Made by a program: the position numbers and the translations under genes. Below the pieces are notes generated by a model. The model was not told the DNA's origin and searched no databases. It was given only the letters and a program-made list of their open reading frames with translations. Below, in pieces: positions 12,301 through 20,996 of a stretch of 25,481 nt of DNA. This DNA is from Vermamoeba vermiformis (Eukaryota): contig JBEWZL010000080.1 in the NCBI GenBank assembly GCA_045837725.1, positions 62,001-87,481 on the forward strand, written 5' to 3'. How positions within the stretch are numbered: position 1 is the stretch's first letter; the number at the start of each line of letters is the position of its first letter.

Positions 12301-13151
12301 TTGCTCAAGGTCTGGACGAACAACGACCTTGGCAAAGCAATGGCTGTGTTCTTGTCAATCGACGTCGTACGTAACAATCACCTCCCGGATAAGACCTCGC
12401 TAACATATAAATATGAATAGGTTCTATTGGTGCTGTTACAAGCTCTGTATCCGATCAGCATTCAGTGGATTCAGAACCCTGGCGACACGTTTGACAATTA
12501 CGCCCAATGTTATTTCTTCCCACCCATTCTATATGTTATCATTGGTTACAAGGTAGACTATCAGCACGAGTGTTTCGAGTATAATTCTAATTAATTTCAC
12601 CTTCAGGGCTTGACGGTGCTGTCTGGTGTCATCGTTGCCATCATGACGCGCAATGTCCCGTACAGTTTCTTCAATGAAGCGCGCTACATTGCTATCTCGG
12701 TAAGTTCAATACGATACGTTGCTGTAATCAATGCGTTGACCACTATATTATTCAGATTTACAATTTTGCGTTTGTCGCGGTCGTGATTTTAATTCCGATG
12801 GTCGTCGTTGCCAACGTTGTGGCCAATTTTTTGGTGCTTTGTTTGGCTATAATATTCACGACAAGTATTGCGCTGAGCTTGTTGTTTGTTCCTAAGATCT
12901 GGTAAGCCATATTTAGACATTCAAAGCCCTTCATATCTTACTCACATCCGCTCACCAGGTTGGTCACTCGTCGCTCTGAAGATGAATTAAAGGCCATGTA
13001 TGAAGCAGAAAAACGCCGATTCGTCAATGGTGGCAGCATGTCGAGCAGCGCCCATTCTCAACGGCAAAACGGACCTTCCACCACCGACGGATCCGTACGC
13101 ACCTCCTCAGTGATGGATACCGCGTCAGTCAAAGTGGACTCAAGGACATAA
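9363..13151 (+). CDS. Class C (GABA-B/Grl-like) GPCR with an N-terminal NMT1/THI5-like solute-binding domain, 695 aa
   Basis: 18 exons: 9363-9504, 9650-9744, 9906-9998, 10106-10214, 10317-10423, 10540-10651, 10874-10961, 11016-11132, 11190-11300, 11354-11511, 11558-11663, 11965-12079, 12136-12188, 12249-12366, 12421-12552, 12607-12699, 12756-12901, 12959-13151 (2088 nt, open). Signal peptide. NMT1/THI5 motifs: QLQWVLQAQFAGYVIAQELGYF, GGPG, IKTLRDLKGKTV, TYNE, QDSLF, MMNEVNKLIW. 7tm_3 motifs: VKTIRVHRIF, TRNVP..FNEARYIAISIYN, LFVPK. Confidence 0.9.
11692..11942. mobile_element. MITE-like non-autonomous DNA transposon in GPCR intron 11
   Basis: Inverted arms 11692-11760 and 11877-11942; the outer 25 bp (TTATTGTTGGACGCATTCAAATTCA) are perfectly inverted. 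Flanked by TGC...TGC, or alternatively a TA duplication with ends 11695/11939. Removing it reduces the 301-bp intron to ~47 bp, the typical local size. Confidence 0.88.
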
Positions 13152-13490
13152 TAAGAATTATTAAATTATTCATTGTAAAGTTAAATCGTTGTAGACGTGC
13201 TGTAAAATATTTATAAATTTACTAATTTAGGATTTGCTAGTTTAAAGGTAGCAAGGATCCGCTTTCACGGTACCGAGAGATCTCTTGGGCTCCCTACTCC
13301 TACGCTAGTCCATTGACATATTTCGTTGTACGTGTGACACAAGGGAACTAAACTGGAAAATTCGCGGACGACACCAACGGAGGCATGTTCTTCTTATTTT
13401 TTCAAAGAGAAATTGAGATTTTTAACAGAAAACGGTTTTTAAAATCATTCAAAACAACCGGTAATTATTTCAATTCGTAACATTCTCATA

Positions 13491-14084
13491 ATGTCAGCGT
13501 CAACTAAACAAAATCAATTTGTACTACCTGAATTAATAGGCGATAAATGCTGCTTAAAGGCGTGGAGTTTGGAGTTTGTTCAATCCATCACCAAACACGC
13601 AAACAACGAAAAAGTGGCAGGCAATCTATTGGCTCTTCCTTATCCTTATAAAGAAGAAGATGCCATCAACTTTATAACAACCGTTTTAAATGATGAAATA
13701 ATGGCTAAGAGATTTTTCGCTATTTGCGTGGATGTGGACGGCAAGTTAGAAGCAATAGGAGGAATTGGCGTGGACTTAAATTGCGGTTATAAACGACATC
13801 GCGTGGAGATTGGTTATTGGATTGGCGAAGAATATTGGGGCAGAGGAATAGTGCCCGAAGCAATACGATTGATGATCAGTTATTTATATTCAAATGACTT
13901 TAAAACACATGTCAATGAAGGACAAGAAGTGAAGAGAATAGACGCGTGCATATTCGCGTGGAACGCTAACTCTGGAAAGGTACTTGAGAAATGCGGATTC
14001 GTTTGCGAAGGATTGCAGAAGAGTGCTTATTTAAAGAATGGAAAATATGTTGATGGATTAATGTACACTCTCGTGAGAGAATAA
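13491..14084 (+). CDS. GNAT N-acetyltransferase, RimJ/RimL (Acetyltransf_3) type, intronless, 197 aa
   Basis: Motifs LPYPYKEEDAINFI, VEIGYWIGEEYWGRGIVPEAI (acetyl-CoA binding) and NANSGKVLEKCGFVCEG. Confidence 0.93.
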   Translation: MSASTKQNQFVLPELIGDKCCLKAWSLEFVQSITKHANNEKVAGNLLALPYPYKEEDAINFITTVLNDEIMAKRFFAICVDVDGKLEAIGGIGVDLNCGYKRHRVEIGYWIGEEYWGRGIVPEAIRLMISYLYSNDFKTHVNEGQEVKRIDACIFAWNANSGKVLEKCGFVCEGLQKSAYLKNGKYVDGLMYTLVRE

Positions 14085-14377
14085 TTGCAGTACTCAATTA
14101 CTCGTTAGGCGATATTGAAAATAAAAATACTAATAATTTATTTTATATTTTCCCCTTTATTACATTCTAATACTGTCCAAGAATCTAAAACTTCAAAGTA
14201 TTCAAAATTAATGCCGTGCGTTTGCATAATACCCTTTTTAATCCAAATTGGTCACCACAAGATCCGCGAAGATTCGCGAACAATCTTTAGCACGTGGTCT
14301 GCAAAATTGTCGTTGACACGTGTCAAAAAAAAATTGACGACATGACGATAGTAACTGACTCTTATTATTGCTACTAG

Positions 14378-14742
14378 ATTATTACTTCGCAGCAGTGCAA
14401 GCGATCAATCCAAAGTATGTTTTATCACTGAGGTGAAACAGCCGCACAACATCGCGCCTTTGGTGCCGGTATACGAGTTCATGTTCTGTCGCCCTTTGTT
14501 TAACGCCGAGCCCGTAAGTCACGTTACATTACAGTTATATTCGTTGGATATAACACTGGTCTGATTGCGTCTGGGAAAAACAAGGCGAGATTTTGAACCA
14601 GTTGGCGGATCTGCTGGACTCGGGCGTGTTCCAGAGCAGATTGACGAAGACATACCAATTGTGGACTGACATCAAACAAGCACATATGGAAGTGCAGAGT
14701 GGCACTCTCATCGGAAAAGCGGCGTTAACTTGTAAAAAATAA
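14378..14742 (+). pseudogene. 3' remnant of an MDR-superfamily zinc-type ADH-like/quinone oxidoreductase gene
   Basis: Translates as YYFAAVQAINP / frameshift / KVCFITEVKQPHNIAPLVPVYEFMFCRPLFNAEP / intron from 14514 / EKQGEILNQLADLLDSGVFQSRLTKTYQLWTDIKQAHMEVQSGTLIGKAALTCKK*. This matches the recalled C-terminal pattern (E.MF.R, Q.EILN..ADL.D.G, AH....SG..IGK). Frameshift near 14410, acceptor reads TGG at 14572-14574, and no N-terminal part was found. Confidence 0.72.
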
Positions 14743-14818
14743 GTTGCAAAAGAACCAATAAAAGCAAGTTTAAGCGTTACTATATAGTAACCTGGCACTT
14801 TCTCTGAAGGAAGAGAAA

Positions 14819-15178
14819 TGACGTCAAAGGGCCTCTATATACAGTAGTATAGTAAATTATTTTCACGCGTAGCCGCGGCAAACAACATCTTCTAGAAGAA
14901 CGAAGCAAGAATTGATGTTACTGCACAACAGAGTGTAAGAACAACCTCTTTTTACTCGTAAGTTACTATGACGTCAAAATTATGTAATTTTTTTAACGGT
15001 GACTAGTGAGGAAGTGGATGTAGTTCGATCTTGCTGAAAGATCTAGAAGTGATGAATACAAATTATCCACTTCTTTCTATATTCGGTTTTTCGGTTAGTC
15101 TCCCTAGCCGCGCCCTCTAGAATTCCGAACGCCGAAAAATTCGAATCTCGGAGAAGGTTCCGGGAACAAAATCACGTG
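14819..15178 (+). promoter_or_regulatory. Candidate bZIP/bHLH sites upstream of the NmrA-like gene
   Basis: CRE/ATF palindrome TGACGTCA at 14819 and 14969 (both in ATGACGTCAAA) and G-box CACGTG at 15173. Function is inferred only. Confidence 0.35.
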
Positions 15179-15279
15179 GCCTCAAACACTTTAAATTCGA
15201 ACCGGATGTGAGAGTAGTATTCAATTCAAAATCAATCAAGAACCAACAACAACTAACCTAATCAACATCAGTATTTAAA

Positions 15280-16453
15280 ATGAGCAAGCCTGTAAGTTTT
15301 TCCGAGATCTAAGCGCTTTGATCCGATTGCTAATTCATTTTCTACAGATCGTCGTAGTCATTGGCATTACTGGTCAACAAGGTGGCGCTACCGCTCGTCA
15401 CTTGTTATCAGGAGGCAAATTTGAAGGTAAGCTTTTCCTTATATTATAATAATTCGGGAATTACCTCCGATAAACCGAAATTTCAACTCTTGCAAGATCC
15501 ACATAATTGAATTAAACAGAAGTTGGCGCATAATGTACAAACATTCATTCATGCCAAAGTTCTAATTGCTTGACATTGTTTTAGTACACGCCCTCGTTCG
15601 AGATCCGTCGTCAGAAAAAGCCAAACCATGGGCAAGCAAAGGTATGAAATACGTATTCCATTTTTAAAGAATAAAATTAAGAAGCTGTCAGTTCTATTCT
15701 TTGCACGTGACTTTTCGGGTTTGAACTGAAATTTATGCATAAATTTACACATTTTTTTTCACAGGAGTAAAGCTCGTCAAGGGAGACTTAGAAGACGTTG
15801 CCACTCTGGATTCAGCCTTCAAAGGTGCATATGGTGTCTATTTAGTGGTCAACTACTGGGGTATCGGTGCTGAGCGCGAGATCCAGCAAGGCAAAAATGC
15901 GATCGACGCCGCCAAGCGCGCCAGAGTGAAGCACTTGGTCTACACATCTGTCGGAGCTGCTGATAAGAAGACTGGCGTGCCGCTTTTCGACAGCAAGTGG
16001 GTTACTGAAGAATACCTGCGCGAATCCGGCTTGCACTACTCGATCCTTCGACCTGTTTTCTTCATGGAAAATTTCAACTTCTTTTTCGCAGACAAGCTCA
16101 AAGACGGAATTTTCAGCCAACCTTTGCGATCGACAGATCGTCTCCGAGTCATCGCTGTTGACGACATTGGTGCTTTTGGCGCACTAGCTTTTGAAAAAGA
16201 CATTTTGCCTAATAAGGCACTCGAAATTGCCGGCGACAATCCTACGATAGCAGAAGTCACCAAGATCCTCGGCGCTGACAAGTTCGAAGAAACGCCATTG
16301 GAAGGGATCTCCGATTCCGACACCAAAGTCATGTTCAAGTTCTTGCAAGACGTCGGGTTTACCGCCGATATTGCTGACTGCAAGAAAATTTATCCGAACT
16401 TGACTGACACAAAGACTTGGGCCGCAAAGGACTTTATTTACAAACGAAAATAA
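15280..16453 (+). CDS. NmrA/HSCARG-like NAD(P)-binding protein, 278 aa
   Basis: Exons 15280-15291, 15348-15426, 15585-15641, 15765-16453. Translation MSKPIVVVIGITGQQGGATARHLL...VHALVRDPSSEKA...GVKLVKGDL...AFKGAYGVY...VPLFDSK...ILRPVFFMENF has the atypical-SDR Rossmann motifs. Confidence 0.94.
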
Positions 16454-16782
16454 TTACATGTGCTACCAGCCCCGCAATCACTAGAACAATACTAGATATT
16501 TACTCGTAAATACCATGTACCTGTAAATAAAGTATCGTAAGGCTTACCAATATAACAGACTTCGATTCGGCTTCGACCAAATAAAGTGCCCTTCGTGGCA
16601 GATTTAACGCACGGTTCGCACTCGTAATAAAACATACCGTTTTATTACTTACAGCTAAAAATTTTGTTTCTATCTTTTCTGCAAATTCAAAGCAAGTTTA
16701 GTTTTCCATTCCGTGAGGAAATCATCATCGATCTAACGATAAAATTTTATTTGAGAAGTTAATGGGACATCGAACGGTACTG

Positions 16783-18593
16783 TTAATCATCGGAGCGTTT
16801 TTGTACCTCGGAAAAGTGTTTTTGTATCAACGTGTCTAAATGTTGAACCATTTCTTGCTGGCCTGTATTTAACGCAATTCTACGCCATTGTGCAATCATT
16901 TTAAACATCTTTGTAGTAAACTTTTCTTTCTTCTTCCGCTTCGCGAGTGCGGGAGATTCTTCGGCTAATTTTAGAACAATGTTCATCGTACTAAAGCATA
17001 CTAAATTGAGCTCAAAGTTCGCTCCAAAATTCTGCTGGATCTGCACATCTTTTGCCTTCAAGAAAAGCTTGAACAACAACTGATAAAGACCGATTGCGCT
17101 TGTCTCTGTTGACATCATTTTGGCAACCAAACCACGCTTTGATATTTGTTTGATTCTTTTCTTCAATGTTGCGCTGTTCTCTAGGAGTTGAGTCAAAAAT
17201 TCAATTATAGAATGTCTCCGCAGCTGCTCCAACAGACGCATTGAGTCCAAAATCTCTTCAATATGAAGCCGATCTGCCATCAAGGGATCGTACTTGAGAA
17301 TTTCCTTGAAAAACAAAAACACTTCGTCTTGGTACGGCAACAAACTAGAACGATTAAACTGCGTTAGTCAAATTATATTTAAAGATTGGAATAATATTTG
17401 TATAAAAAAGAAATACTTGCGTGATTCCTTGCCGAATTACAGCGTCATTTAAGGTCAACTGAACAATGGATGGATGATTATGCGAGATGGCTACCATATA
17501 AGCGAAAAGCTCGAAAGGAAGTCCGATGTCCACCAACGAACCGTCCATTGGTAGCATCAACTCAATAATTCGGGGAATAATTCTCGCGAACTTTTGCGGA
17601 TCTGCCTCTCTGGATCGTTTGACACACGCCGTCAAAAGGTTGGTTACATAGACCTCGAGTGAACGATTAGGTGAACTTAGAACACCTTGTATGGGCTCGA
17701 TGATTGCTCTAAAAATGGTATCGGCGACCTGTCAAATGTTGGTTTTGGTGTTGAATGAATATAAGAATTTTGGCGGAAGGAACTTACAGCCGGACAATTC
17801 TTAATAATCCGCCCAAGAGAATCGACTGCAAGATTTCCATATTTAGATAGAATCGCATTGCTTAGCGCGTCAATTCCGTTTTCTCGAACGACAGCGGTTG
17901 AATAGAGAAAATCCGCCTCGGACAATCTTTTGAGCATTAACACTGCCAGTAGCTGAAATTGTTAAGACATTCTAATATATAATAGGAGGGCTTACCGGAA
18001 TTGGATGCTTGAATTGATTAGACATGAACTGGATGTACCTGGGAACCAATCCACTAAACACGATTTTGTACAAGGGAGAAGAATCACAAAATAAGCAACA
18101 AAAGCCTTCATCAATTAAATTTAGACCATTTTCGATTTCTGTCATGTCGTTGGACGTATGCAGTTTGGGGATCAGATCCGGGAAGATTTTGTCCAGTTTG
18201 ATCGTACATTCGCATTGCACTTCCTTGATGTTCTTAGAATGTATGATAATAGGAATGATATATGAGGGCAGTCGATCACCCAGATGAGCAGCGTATTTTT
18301 TGAACCTGTCACCTCCGTGCTGCTGCCAAAACTTTTTGCTGTGAAGTTGCGAATTAAACCTAATAATATTTTTAATATGTAGAATAAGACCTTAGGTAAC
18401 ATATTAATTGGTTTAAATCTGGAATAAGTTTGATGGTTAATTTAGACAAATATTTTTCGAATAATACTTGCTTCTTTGACGTAGACGCAAAGTTTAGTAC
18501 GGTCTGAGCAACATCGATGAAAGAAATAATAAGAGATAGTAATTCATTAGGGAGTGCTTCTAGGTATTCATAACGGTCGCAAGTGTTCTCCAT
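16783..18593 (-). CDS. F-box protein with ARM/HEAT-like helical repeats, ~506 aa
   Basis: Exons 18593-18472, 18359-17996, 17952-17788, 17728-17421, 17344-16783. F-box pattern LEALPNELLSLIISFID...SKKFNSQLHSKKFW. ARM-like segments IVFSGLVPRYIQFM and VVRENGIDAL. Introns 1 and 4 are best modelled with GC donors. Confidence 0.78.
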
Positions 18594-18627
18594 TTTTTCT
18601 GCTTCGGATTTGAATGATTTGTTTATT

Positions 18628-20934
18628 TTAAATCAAAGCAACGATCGGTGCCAATAAAGCGATAATAGACAAGCTAATTACATACGATGATGAAGTTTTT
18701 GTAAATGGGGAGTTAGTCGTTTGAGGCGTCAGTGGGGCATTTGGCTCAACAAACGGTGAGGTGACAGGAGGCTGAGACGGAATTACTCCTCTGATCTCCG
18801 TGGATAGTGGCATGCCATCGACATCTTAAGGAAAAAAGAATTAGTTAAATCGAACTGGTTCTCGCTAGGACTTGCCTTTTGTAAGCACATCCGCGGGTGC
18901 ATCCGGAAGGGTTGGAAGCTGATTAGTAAAAGAATTTAATTGTTGCTCGGCAAACTTTTGAACAGCCTCTTCGGGCGATAACTCGGTCTGGGTCTCATCA
19001 GGAGCAACTTGCAAGTCTAATTCAAGCTCTGTCGGAGATTGTTCCGTGGATCGCTTGCCAGTCAAAAATGTCACACGAGTCTCGTTAATTCCTGCAACTG
19101 AAGCGAACAGTAAACGCACTGATTCGCGGAAACTGATTGGGAAATTGCCATTAGCCGTTAAGACAATCTTAAACCGGACGTCTGAATAGAGTTAGGATTA
19201 ATAGAGACGAGTTAAATTTGAACGTACTCTGAGGGCAAAGAAGGTTCGAACTAACGTTGAATTTCAAAACATAATCCTCTAACTGCCAAGTAAACGTGCC
19301 AGAGTTACCAACGTTGGTTCTAAATGACAACGGAAAATATTTGCCTCGTCGATTAGCTCCAAAGTCGGTGCCAGGAGCGACATTCTAAAAAAGGAAAAGA
19401 TGAGGAAAAAGGTTCATGAATGAGTGACCGACAAGCCTTACCAGCGGCGACAAGTTATTTCGATCCGAGAATTGAGGAATGACCGCGTCAATGTCACCAA
19501 GATTGTCGTACGAGAAGTACGCCAAGCCATTTTGATTGACGCACTCGAGAATAGGAACGATGTTTTGAATAGGCAGCGGTGCGAAGGCAAATAATTTGTT
19601 GTTTAAAGTCGAGTACACGTGGCAATCCTCTCCGATAACAGGTGGACTCTAAAAGAATTTAAAAATTTAAAATTTGTGGATCTACCAACCATTTAATATT
19701 ACTTACTATAATAATATCAGAAAAGACATTATCCCTCGGAAAAGACCCTTTAGTATTAATCTCTAAAGTGTCCCAATCTAATCCAATCACATCAATGCGT
19801 TCAAACCCCAACGCCGAGTGCATCAACAATGTGTTATCAGCTGGTCAACAAAAAGTCAACAAGATGATATTTTTTGTCTAATTACTCACGTTTGGAAAAA
19901 ATCGGGGCTGAAGGAAGAGTATTGTAAGTTGAGTCAGGAAGTAATGTTCGATTGTTCAACAAATCCACGACTTGTGTCTAAATAAGGCAATTTATGTTAA
20001 TCGCTCTTTTAGTGCCATCAGCGCATTGAATTTAAATTTCTTTACCTTGAGAGCACCAGTATTGTAGATTTGAGCGATGGATCTGTTGTTGAACGCGTAA
20101 ATGCCAGCTTGAGGATTGAACGAACTGCCGCCGAATTTATCGATAGCCTTTGTTAAGAGAGACTCTCCAGTTGCCTATTAAATGAAATTTCGGTTAGTTA
20201 CCACTCATTCGTCGAAAAAACTTTGACGGGGTCATTATTAGGTGAAAATACTTACCGCATGAAAGACGTAAAATTTAAGTGAATTCGCGTTCACTGCTCC
20301 CTTTGTAAACATTTGCAAGTAGTCGCCTTCTATCCAAGCGAGAGCCGCTAATTCGCCGGTAAAAGAGTGCTCGTATTGAGGGGACTTGACGATTGTAATG
20401 TAATCTGGATAACTTCCAGTGTAACTAACAATAATCGGCATTTCATTCGTAGTATTTTTGTAAATCAATACACGCGACGGATCACCACCCACAAAATTGA
20501 ATTTTGTCGAATCCACTGTTCGATCCGAGACTTTGATGTAAGTCATAATATTGTCTGAAATCGTTGTAGAAGACACGCCTTCATTACTGGTGACCATATG
20601 AGTGCCCAAATAAGGAGCGAAGGAGAACTGAGGGTAAGGATAATTAGGCATCGGGATCGGATCTCCGATAAAACTCATTGTCGTCGTATCAACAGTGTAG
20701 GCACTTTGCGCTGTTGCGTAATAAAACTTGTTGCCCTGGACAATCGTTATGTACGCGATTGACAAGTCCTCTATGGTCGAAACGCTACATCCAGCATATT
20801 AAAAATTAAACTTTAAAAAAAGACCATTATTATAAGTATACTTACTTATTTAATACGGTCCCATCAACTCCATTTAACTTGAATATGTAATTTGTCGAAT
20901 CAACGAAACCCAAGGCCACAACATACACATTACC
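18628..20934 (-). CDS. Surface protein paralog D; exon 3 onward only, exons 1-2 displaced beyond the inserted element
   Basis: Exons 20934-20846, 20784-20256, 20174-20046, 19977-19890, 19840-19707, 19648-19442, 19384-19228, 19181-18876, 18824-18628, phase-consistent and mostly matching paralog exon boundaries. Motifs FAPLPIQNIVPILECV, FTWQLEDY and TGKRS. GPI-like tail. Confidence 0.85.
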
Positions 20935-20957
20935 CTATAAAAAATAAAGTTGTATTA

Positions 20958-20982
20958 AATAAATTGAGAGGTATCTCATTTT
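20958..20982. repeat. Left terminal near-palindromic repeat of the element
   Basis: AATAAATTGAGAGGTATCTCATTTT; 22/25 identical in direct orientation to 25446-25470. Confidence 0.75.
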
Positions 20983-20996
20983 TTATTTGTTTGACT

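Noticed and set aside
14535-14798. 87-aa minus-strand ORF
   Set aside because: Antisense shadow of the oxidoreductase remnant, with no recognisable motif.
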